From Amphiscolops sp. MND2022 (taxonomy: Eukaryota), in the NCBI GenBank assembly GCA_964187785.1, contig OZ076413.1, positions 42,718,001 to 42,782,000 on the forward strand: DNA of 64,000 nt, given 5' to 3'. Made by a program: the position numbers and the translations under genes. Shown here piece by piece: positions 36,113 to 48,100 of the stretch. Each line of letters begins with the position of its first letter. The first letter of the stretch is position 1. The notes under the pieces were generated by a model. The model was given only the letters and a program-made list of their open reading frames with translations. It searched no databases and was not told where the DNA came from.

Positions 36113-39100
36113 GTGAGTTTTTTGAAATTTATGATGCAGTATGTATGTAATGAAATTTACCTGCCACGAAATGAGCGTGATTTGTTCTGTTGAATTGTCT
36201 TCAATTGTTGAATGGGCAAGTTAACACGTAATGATAATCATTTTCGAATTTTTTTTATATTATATCATTTTGTTTTCTATTCATTTGAATGCGCAATTGT
36301 GCTACTAAGGTGTGCAATCGAAAAGTGAAAATTCGAGGAGACATTTTTCATAGTCTTGGGGAAAATGGGAGAAAATTGTTTCCAAATGTTGTCAAACGAG
36401 AACCATAGGAACTGAGTGAAATATTCGACCCATTTTTTACAGGAGGCTGCAATGGAGCCCTGTATCTACAGCCTTACCCACCCATCATCCAGATCCCGGA
36501 GTCACAAGCCACAGTTGGGGCCAGCGTCTGGAAGTTTGTGGTAAAAGACGACGACAACCAGCCGATCTCAACCTGTGCTCTGATTGGTCCCGACAGTGGC
36601 GAGTTCGATTCCACTCTCGATACTGCTCTCGGCTGTGACGTCACTTTCAAGAACGCCCAAAATTTCGAAGCCGGAGACACACAATTACAGTTTGGAATCC
36701 AGTGAGACATTTTCGGATCTTTCTCAAATGTTGAGATCTGCTTTTTACTGGATGTTTCCAGCTTTACACATCTTGATATTCAGAAGTATTCCCAACTTGA
36801 CAAACCTGAAAGCTAAAAAAAGTACAACCGGGCGAGTACTGCTGAAGTAGGTGCCTTGCTCAAAAGCACCAAGACCTCTAAATATGATCACGGCATTTCC
36901 CGGAATATTCCGAATAAGTGAAAACTAAATGGAAGCAATAAAACCTCTTTCGTACGAATCGAATATGAAGAAACTTTGTAAGAAAAGTTTTTAACGTGCA
37001 AAACGAGCGAGAACTGAAAATTGCGGTTAAAAGTCTGCGTACGTGATAGGACAGATTACGATTTCTAAGGAATGTTTTTCTTGAAATTGAAAAAATGTTT
37101 TTTCCAGAATTGACACAGCCAGCACGCTGGACAATGGTCCGGTGGAGGCGTCCAAAGTGCTGGTCACCATAACCAACGTTGATGATGGTGCTCCTTGCTT
37201 TACCAACGCGGCTCTGGCAGTTTCCATTTCTGAGAACACCAAGGCTGGGTCTATCATAGTCAAACCAAGTGACGTGCCTTTCACTGACACGGACACAGAA
37301 ACGAAGTACATGGAATTCAACATTGCAGGTAAGAGAATTTGATTGGATTTGAACTTCGATTGAAGATATTTCAGGTAATATGACTCGTCTCAGAAATAGA
37401 TATTTCAAGATATTGTAGGTTTTGAAGTCGCAGGGTTTTTTACATTTTAAACCTGGTTTTAAGTCGGCGACAATTTATATAAGAGTTTCAGATGACAGTT
37501 GGTCTAGTGGTAAGAGCAGTAATTAAGCTTATATTGGAGTTGCGAACCAGAATGATGGAGTTGGAATCTTGCTATTGCCCAATTTTTTGCGCCGACTTCG
37601 GCTTGTTATCGCATTTGTTTTTCAGACGACGGTTTCAAAGATTTCTACCTGCCCAGCAAGAATTCGCCACAGATTGCGAGCAGAAGACAGTTCGATTACG
37701 AGACGACTGCCGACCGGAGTCTGACGATTGACCTTGAGGCCAAAGACGAGAACGGGAACACTGCCTCAGGGTGCAATAACCCCATAACCATCACAGTCAC
37801 TGTCACCAATGAGAATGATAACCCAGTCATATGTAATACAGAAGTCTTCTATGCCACTATAGACGACAATGCCGCTGCCAGTTAGTTTGAGAAAAACTTT
37901 CAAATTGGGATTCCAAAAATTCGAATGCACAGGGTCAATTAGCTTAGTACCTGTCCTGGTATCGACTGAAAAGATGTCAATGATGTGAGAGAAAAGATGA
38001 AAATAAAATTTGGCCAATCAGTAATTATAAGGTTAAATTTTTTCGAGTAATCTTAGAAAATCCGTAACAAGGGACGGAGCCATCTAAAACCGAAAATCAT
38101 AAACCCAGTGAAAAAACTAGGTAACTAACTCAAATCTCGAACTCAGGAAGCTAAATTAGAAATTAAACTTAGAAGGAAGCTAGCCTTACAATAAAAGTGC
38201 TTGATTTGAACCATTTTTCAGATGGATTTTTGGAAAAATTTCACCGCATAATACTTTCAGCGTTTAAAATTTCTTCTGTGTTTCAATTCAGAAGTTCGCC
38301 TGATGAGATTTTGAATGAATTAGGACAACATTTACGTACATTTATTTCTCGGGTTCTAAAATGCATTTTTTTCAAAAGTTTTTCATGAACTTATGTTCTA
38401 TACGGAAATCAAATCAAATCAACTTTATTTCACCTTTTTTTCCAGAAAACCTTGGTGAAATTTTGTGCACTGACCTGGACGAGGGGTCATTTGATCCGAC
38501 CTGCACTCTAGTAGAGGCCGACACAAGCCTGTTCGAGGTTGTGAACTCTTACTCGGGTACAGCCAATCAGGGAAAATGTGACCTGAACACGAAAAAGGCC
38601 ACTACTTACGGCCAAGCAGACGAGTATGGCCAATTCGACTTTTACATCGAGGTCACGGACACCACTCTAAACACTGTGCAACACACGTCAACCATTGCCG
38701 TAGTCATCAAGGTGGGAAAACTTTCTCAAGAAGTGTGAAATCATATTGGAATAACACGTTGAAAAGATATCAGTTGCATCACATACCTGATATCTCTGAC
38801 AATGAGTAACTTTTTACTATATATTTATAAGTAGGATAGCACACGAAAAACATCCAACGATGTTGTATTCAAAGAATGTTAGGTTGTTGCCATTTTCGCG
38901 GCATTGTTCTGTGAACTTTAAACAGTATCAGATCAAAAAGGCGGATCAAAAAAATCTCTATTTAACTTTCTGTTACTTGGAATGACACAAAAAAGACAAT
39001 TTGACAAGCGTGCCAGATTGTGTATGTTTAGTCTCATCTGCTGGCAATTCTAGGTTAACCCCTCTAGTACGGGGGCGTTGACTTTGACCCCAGCAGTGTA

Positions 39101-42100
39101 CACACCTTCGTTGGAGGAGGACATACAGGTCGGCTACAGGATCAACACCCAGCAGGTGCTCCAATACTCAGACTCCTCAGACGACGAGTATCCCCACATC
39201 TGGAGTGCCACAGGAACAGGAAGTTAGTCAATTTAGACCGAGTTATAACATTGTGTGTATTTTCAGTACGCATGTTTAGATAACATAGTTTTGATGTATA
39301 AAATATTGCAGTGACCTGGAAATTGACCTGGAAAGGAATTTAGTATTTTTCACCATATTTCATATGGAATGGAATAAATAAATCTCTCAACCGACCTTCA
39401 CCCCCAAAAGGGTTGCCATAACCTATATGACTATAAAAAAATACGGAATTTCCCACAGAATTCAAGGATTAAAGAATTAAGCTTGTTGCATATGTATTTA
39501 TTGGGATAACTCAAGTTTTTCAAGAAAATACCGGTTACTGGAAAAAGACTAAATGGATGAAAGAATCTGGGGACGGCAGCAGTCGACGCCCCGCTCAAAA
39601 CTCAAAAGCGCAAAGTATTTAAAATTGTTAGGGAACTGTTTTTTTAAATGAAACCGTACTAGAAAATATTCAAAGAAAAAATTCTACTGGTTTTGAATTG
39701 CAATATTCTAACCATGACCCACGGACCTAGGATGTTATGTCTGTTTGCAACATTAGAAAAACGCTGCGGAGTTAGTAATTTTCTTTTCCCATCTGGAAAC
39801 ATGGGCGGAAACTAACAAAGCTTTCGAACAAAGTTCCAAAATGTGTCAACTTGAACAGTCAAAATTAATTTTGTCTGCATCCTGCTGTTTTCCTGTAGGT
39901 CAAAAGCCACTCTTTTCAACATTGTTTTATTTCAATCTCACTTCGATATCTGCTTAAGCACTACTTAAACAAAACATAGAACTGATATTACATCGTGCTG
40001 ATGCAAAATGCTATATTGTCTAACCCTACAAAAGGTTCCTTGGTTAGTAAATGATGAAGTCTGGCGTAAATGTATAGTTTCGTATTTTGTTCGTTATAAG
40101 TTATAACTGATCTGCGCCAAGGCTTTGTCAGACTGAACCTTGAACAACCTTTCCTGTTCACCGCTTTGATCGAAAAGAAACAGCATTGCTTTAACTTTTG
40201 GTAGCCTACTCTATCTACGCGTCGAATACAATCGGCTTTTCTGGTACTCTAAGGATTTTGCATGTATTGTTGTGACAGAGTGTGAAATGTCATTACATGA
40301 ATTTAGGTTGCATTTTCTATTCTTTTCCAAGTACCTGTTAACGGCATGACAGTAGCAATTGTCAGGTAAGACAACTTTTTACTTCGAGAGAAACACCAAT
40401 TAAATCCAAACTGCTGTTTGCCTTCACAATACAAGTTAGCTATTACAAGGCTTAAATTTACTAAACTGTACGTGTTTGAAGAAAAGCTTTCCCGTCTCTC
40501 TTCGTGCTCTAGAGATGCTTTTGGTTGGACGCTTCAACGTGTTCACAAAATTATCAATAGCTGTTGATGACGAAAATAAATGTTGACAGCGACAGAATGT
40601 TTGGATCTTTCACATGCGCTTAAACGTAACAAAAACTAAATTTTAACATTATTTTTTGCACATTTTGAGATGCGTGTATGCGCAGGAAGAGGAGTAAAGT
40701 TTCGAATATACATTAGTTTGACCTTCGATACAGTAGAAAAATGTGGAATTTTAGAATTTTGGCGTTTTCGAAAACTTCTCATTGTTTTTGCGCGAACCCC
40801 AGACGAGAGACAGAGCTATCTTAATCACGTTTCTAGACCGTCGTATTAGTACAAGCGGTTGAAAAGGCTGACTAAAGCACGCTTTGTTAAAACTCATTTT
40901 GCAAACGTGTGTTTACTTAGTAGACGATGTTTTTCACCATTTGTATATGAATTAGAAATGACGTCAGGGATGAAATTGTTTGAATCGTTTGAGTCAGAGT
41001 TGATTTCTTAGAGCGGGTTTCACTAAGTTTCACTTTTGAGCAGAAATCTTCTGAGACTCGATATTCCGAAATTGAGGGGGACCAAACAGGCGAGCCACAA
41101 CATTTGGATTCGCTCAATTCTCGATGACTAGTAATCATCGTTGAGAACTGAAATTTGGCACAACTAAACCTGGGTTTTCAGGCTCTTCGTTTAGAAAAAC
41201 AGACTTGATCTGAGACCCTCGGTCCCGGGCTATTCCTATTAGCACCGGAAGTGCACTATGTCGACCCTTTTACGGGCACGTCGGCAAAGCTTGGATTAAG
41301 TCGGAATATATTTGGCAATGATAGTTCATGAAAGTTAAGACTACCATTTGCGTATATTTCCGGAATCCTGCGACTTGCGTGGGGGAAGCAAGGACCTCGT
41401 GTAACCCAACCCCGAGTGTTATGTAATTTGTCATCAGTTGACCCGAGGATCATGAAACGTGTCTAAGATGTTCATCTACCTAAAAAACCGACATGAAGAA
41501 TATATTAGGCGGTCCCTTGCGCGCGGAGTAATGTTTATTTAAGGTACGCGGGACCAGACGTGCGGGCACGGTAGAAGCGAGACAGTAGTTGACCTTAGCT
41601 TTAAGATTTCAACCTAACGGCAATACCGAACGAAGTCGCTTACTAACGTTAATTGAACTGCATTTGTAACTCATCCGGTGGTAACCGCCTTAAGTAAACA
41701 AACGACACGCATATCAAGTAACTCGGAGTCCATTTACTGTAGACCTATGTAACTCGTCTTGTGGGAAATTTGGATGGCTACAAAAAACATTACGATCGCC
41801 GTCAAGCCACAAGGTCACCTCAGCGGGAAGTCCCTGGATATATGGAAAGACGTAATATGTGAATCAGTGGCAATTGCGCAATAACTCAGACATTTCAGTT
41901 AGACGGGAAGATTCGCGTCGAACTGCACTCCGAACGACAGAGAAGTACCTCGCGCATGTAAAAATTATGTAAATCATGTAAGTGAAGGTCTTTGAACCAG
42001 TCTCGAGTCATTGGAATTATCTCAGGAGACTTTTACTATAACTGAAGCTGTATATCGCAGGAGTTTTGAACTTTTTCTCATTGGCAGCAAAGCATGTTTA

Positions 42101-45100
42101 ATCGATGTATGATAAGAAGCGCTCGCTATTCTATAAAAGGAATACGTAAACACGAAAGCGACCACATGCACACTTCAGAGGCCGATGCCCTGTAATGTAA
42201 ATGTCAAAGATGGAATGTGAAGATCAGATCACTAGAAACATGTTCGATGAACAAACATAATTGAGGCGTTTTGAAAAATACTGGAATAGGCACACCCGAG
42301 TTAGAGAGGTACAAGCAAGTTCAACCTCGAGGAGGAGGGCAAGACACTTGGCTTAGCGAAAAAAACTCGTTCATCGCTAGCACCATGAGCTAGAGATTGA
42401 AATTCTGCATGTGGGAGCTTGTGTTTTGCGCTCCCTGGCAGTTGGCTAAATCGCGAACAATCGGTATTTTGGTGATTAATCAAACAGAACTAGATTTGAC
42501 ATTCTCTTTAAAAAGCAATTTGAATATGACGTCATCTTCTTAGTCATTTCGAAAGAGCCGATTAACTTGAGCTAGTTGAGAGATCTTACATGCGGGTACC
42601 CTCGATGTCTTGATCTTCAACAAAAAAAGCTTTTGGAGCTAATTTATAATTGTTATTTGTGGTGTTCACCCAGAGGTCGTTAGCAGTAATTTTTTGATGC
42701 AGCTTCTTTCAAGTTCACCGTAGAACCAAATAGCTAAAAAGTCAAATGGATCCTTGAGTTACATCCTTCTCTGGAACGAAAGCTTGTCTATATATTTTCT
42801 TCGTTCGTTTAAGACTTGACTTATGGTCATGACTGACGGAGAAAACAAGAAATAACTTTCATATTCCCTTGTCAAACGTCAAATATGTTGTAAATGTAAA
42901 TCATGGGAATTATCACTAACAAGTACTTTCATATTCACCGATTTGTCAATTTACTTCAAGGAAACATCCAATTCTTTTGATGAGGTAACTTTGATGAAAA
43001 CTGACAGAGAAAGTCCAATTATCATCAGCAGCCAAAATGACATCTGATGCATTTCAATGAATCACCATCCAAAATTATGGCTCCTTAACCTCACCCTCCC
43101 CCAACACGTTGGAAAACAAAATTTTTACTCAATGAATTCCACTTAAGTTTACTTTTCAACATTTCCTCAAATATGCTATTTTACTATAATTTAATGACTT
43201 CACGTGAATGTATATAATCAACTACTAAATCATGTTTTTTACCATTTTTTGTCATAATTTTTTCGCGCATGTGGGGGGGTGGTGGTTGTTGAGGTAAGGA
43301 AAAATATCCGATTATTAGATCTTCTTGAATCGAAAAGAATGAACTGTCCATAGAATAATTTGGCTCTTTTCTGTCCCCCCCCCCCTTCACCAAAATTTTC
43401 GGAAGTAAATTTCCTTAAAAACTTTAGACTAGCCTAATTAAAAGTAAAACCTTCTTTCATAATGGTAAGTTAACGTTTATGGGAATAGTTTTTTGCTTGA
43501 GCAAAACATTGTGCACGCTTTTTGACTATAATTATGTTCGTATTAAGTGTTTATTGATGACTCAAAACAGGAAGCTGTTGATTTCTTCATCAAAAATGCG
43601 TGACTACATATTGGAAAAGTGTGAACAAAGTTTGTATCTGACTCCTAAACTGTCGCACTAAGAACAAATGTAAATTTGAAGCTTTCTGGTTTGTGTTCAA
43701 GTCTTTTTGTTATACGATTTTCAGTAACTTTTCAAAAAAAAAGTTGGTGGTGGGTGGGGGGGTGGTGATCAGAAAAGAGCCAATAATTTTCATTTGCCGG
43801 ATTTCAAGCTTCATTGGAATGAAGATGATTTCGTAACGTGTAGCAATGTCATTTAACTCTTGGTTCTCCGGGGTTCTCATAAATTGTTGTCGCTACTGGT
43901 CAGCAGTCCATCCCAGTTGTGGCCGAGTGCGTGAAGGAACACGATGATGTTCATCTCCACCTTCCTCAGGAAGTAGCTGCACATGGAGTAGTCCAGACCA
44001 GCCAGACAACAGATCAACACCGAACTGCCCCCTATGCCAACTAGGATCAGACTGGTGTAGCCCAATAGGATGTGATAGGCTATAAAAGAGGAAAGAGGGG
44101 GCGGGAAGTTTTCCACCTTCTAGTTTACAAACATTTCCCTTGAATGGGGGCTCGTATTGAAACTTGAAAAAAAGAGTCATATTCGAATCTGATTTATAAA
44201 TTTCTTGGGTGTATGATTTCCAAATAAACAACCGAAAATCCACTGCAACTCCATTTATGGTTGTACGAAGGACGTCGAAAATGAAATTCGAAAGATTTCA
44301 AGAGGAAAAATGTTTTCTGCATTATTAATTTGGCTGTTAGTTCATCGTTTATCTAACGTAAGCAGCTGTCAGTCAGTACTTTTCTCAGCTACGCTACAGC
44401 ACAAACAGTTCATGCAGCGTTGTTATTTTGATGTCATCAAAAATGATAAATTGATTTGGGTTTGAGAAACAGCAACGGTAAAATGTTACCTAAATATCGA
44501 TAAATTTCAGTTAGTAATTAGAAGCTTTTATCACGTACGTGAGATGAAATGACGTCAATTAAAATTTTGCCCTAGATACTTTGGTCAATTTTTAGCACAA
44601 AATGTTTGTGTGAGCTTCTGTTCGCTTCAAGTGGGAAGCCTTGAGGAAAAAGGAAAAGGAAAACTGCCTATGAAGAGCCATATAAAGATGTCGAAAACTG
44701 TCCACTGGAGCATAAACCGCAGCATTTTCTTAGCTTTAGCAGCTGAATTTGGTCTGTCCCCCAGAAAGGCGCAATCAAACACGTAATCAAGCAGCAGCAT
44801 AAGGACCATGAAGGATGATTGTCGCCATGGAAACCAAGAGAGAATCGTCTGAGTGATTGCCGATGTCGAAATATCAATTTGGATCTCTGACATTTTATTT
44901 ATATAAATGCTGGCAATGAAGTAATTTTGCACTTCTTGGTTTCTATCCTGGTTCGCAAGAAAGGTTGCAAGTTATGTTGGTAGATTGTGATAAATCGAAA
45001 AGTAAAAATATTGACCACTATTCAATCATTAGGATTAAAACTTTCGTAGTCTTCTTGGGAAACTATGTTTGAAAAATTTGGGACCTAACAACGGTTTTAG

Positions 45101-48100
45101 CTGCTGCATTTTTAAATAATTACAACTTGCAGAACAGTTTGATATTCGAAGCAAGAATGGAAAACTCAAAAAAAATTTTTCTGTTGCAAACCTTGTATTT
45201 TTTTGTTAAATGTATAGGACAAAAAGACTAAAAACCAAACTATAAACCTTTAATTTTAAAATTAGCTATTTTTTTACGCTGAAAATCCCAAATTTTACAT
45301 TTTGGAATTTGGTTTAGAAGAATTTTATTTAGTTGGTCAGTCAATTAGTGTTCATGGTCTAATTTAGCACGTGTCTCGCAAATGTCAAAAAAATTCTCAA
45401 ATCTCCAGAAATACATATGCTACGAACCTAATTTTATTTCAGCTCAAATGTATGGAAGAAACTCTATAATTTGGGTTTAGTTTTGTAATATGGCAAACTT
45501 TGGGGAAATTTTCTTAAAAGCAGCTGAGCTTATGGAATTTATGGAATTATGGACCGAAAGAATAATGTCCCCTTTTCACTTCTGTTTATTTCATCAATAG
45601 AGGTTTGATGGAAATATTTTACTAAAAGTGTTTTAGCAATACTTAATATTTAATTGTGCTGAGATTGATCAAATGGGCACAAACTTGAAGAGCACTGATG
45701 CTCATTTTGTGTCCACATCGGATTTTCTATACCTTTATGAATACTTTAATGTATGTCATGTATATTAATCCAATGAAATTCAATGTTTCAATGTTTCAAT
45801 GTTTCAATGTTTCAATGTTTCAATGTTTATTTCATCCCAGCGTTCGACATCTTGAATATCTTGACAAGATCGAAAAAATCCAAGATAGAATCCAAGATCT
45901 TGTCAAGATATCCAAGATGAAATCTAAGATCTTACCAAGATATCCAAGATGAAATTCAACATCTTACCAAGAAATTCAAGATGCCAAGACAAAACTTAAG
46001 ATCTTTCCAAGATATTCAAGAATTTAGGATTTTTCTAAGATCTTGGCAAGATATCCAAGATGTCGAACGCTGGGATGTCATTTATTTTAGTTGCGAATTG
46101 GGGCGTTGACCCAATAGAGGGATTCCTTTACCTGATCTACCCCCTGGATTACGAGGCCATCCCCCAATTCGTCTTGACAGTACAGGTGATCAGAGACGAC
46201 GGGACAGGTACCTCCAGACCCACAGCCAGTGCCACTCTTACCATCAATGTTGTCAACACCAACGATGAGATTCCAACGTTCACTTCTGCTGCCTACGCTT
46301 TCAAGGACTTAACCAGCGCCACCGATACTAGTCCAAGTTAGTACAAACTATAATATGCCTAATCTTGGTGGGAAGTGAAGTTATTTTTTCTACAGCACAT
46401 TTTTAACAGCAGTTTCCGCAAAGACCCGACGACCTCTGGCCCAAAATAATTAATAGTTGTTCACTGAAAACTCCCAAAAGCTTGTCTATAGAAAATGTGC
46501 TGGTGAAAAAAATGGCTTCACTCCCCATCAAGATTTGGTATATTAGCACATTTTGACGGAGTGGCGTTTTAAAATGACACAAAAAGTTTGATCGGTAGAA
46601 AACCAGAAACGCCCCCAAATCAATGGTCTGGTCGACAATGAGCTTGAAAGAGCTCTATAGATTTATTTTTTAGGAGTTCAAAAAGGCCTAGAATCTCAAG
46701 TTGCAGCCCACAATAGTGCACCAGAGATGTTCAGTTTTTGAAGAACAGCTAAAGAAAATCTAAAATAAGCCGGTGCGAAGCTGCATCTAAAATTTTTGAT
46801 TTTTCAAAATTTTTGTTACCATGTTTATCACTTCGTTTTTCATTTTGAAATTAGCAGACTATAAATCTTGCCACGAACGTCTATATTGTTTGTTTTTGAC
46901 TCTTCAGTTGTAATCTGAAGGCACATCACTTGTTCAAAGTGAAGTTTTTCTCGAATTTTTTGTTCGATCTCAAAATGTTAACTTTTGTTTTCAGCTCTTC
47001 CGGCGGCAGTGACGTTGACTGAGGGAGACGCGAGTGGAATAATTCACACGTTCAGTGTGAACGACGCAGATGACAGTGAAAACATCAACGTGTACATAGA
47101 TGGCATCCAGCCTAACGAGGCAGACGCCCCTTTCATCGTCGCGTGTCCCGCAACCTGTGGAAAAAGTGGAACTTGGACTATCGAGGTCATTCATCAACAT
47201 TTCACTGTTTTTTTTCAAAGTTTCAATACTTTCCCTTCTCCAAAATGTGCCTTTAGCTCTATCAAAATGTGTCACATGTAGTATTGAATTTGGTTCAATT
47301 TGGTTTCACGGCTCGGTGCTGCTCAAGTTGTTTCCGCTTGGTAAGTCATCAGCCGATGAGTGATCGACTAGAATCTTGCCTTTTTAAAATGTTTGAAGAG
47401 GAGTAATTAAAGAACAGTTTGACACTCCGACATTCCGGAAAAAAAACAAGAAAACGACCTATGCATCAATTCTTTTGAAGAGAACGTTGCAGCGCTTTGC
47501 TTCGAAAACACTTCAGAATGACTCCATGTGAGTAGAAATATTTCTTAAACTTCGTTTTTGTGCAACTGGTGTACTTTTTGAATTGTTTTGGAATCAAAAA
47601 GTTGGCAAACGTTCAACAAAGATTGAACTCATAATTGAATAGGCTCTTAAAGAAATATTTGAAACAAAAGGGTATTCAAAATGCAGATTTGGGAAAAGTG
47701 AGATGGAACTTCATCGAGTTTACAACAAAGGTTCAAAATTTCCGAATTTGCCTGATTTTCGACAACGTAGTCCCAATTTTCGACACTTTCCGAAAAATTT
47801 CTTCAACCAGAAATACCATAGTCTCACGATTTAAACGTGTAGCTACCCGTAGTGTTTCGTAAAGACATCAGACATGCTTATTTGCTCAATGTTCAAAAGT
47901 TTTTCTTAAAAACGTAAATTTCGACATTCTTTAAAAAATATTTACTATTCAATAAGCTCCAAGCAAAATCGCTAGATCATGAGTACACCTTCCAAAAGAA
48001 ATTGTTTCGAGCTACTTCGTGGGTTAGATTGGTGTGAACATTCAACAATATCTAAACTCCGTGTCCAGTTGGCTTCTTTCTGAAGAGACATCTGTAGATT

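Noticed and set aside
40917-41138. Minus-strand 73-aa ORF after an acceptor-like tttcag
   Set aside because: It has no recognisable domain and no phase-compatible upstream exon was found.
42951-43043. Signal-peptide-like minus-strand mini-ORF MSFWLLMIIGLSLSVFIKVTSSKELDVSLK*
   Set aside because: It stops after 30 codons and the downstream frames have stops at near-random frequency. Hydrophobic runs arise easily in AT-rich DNA.
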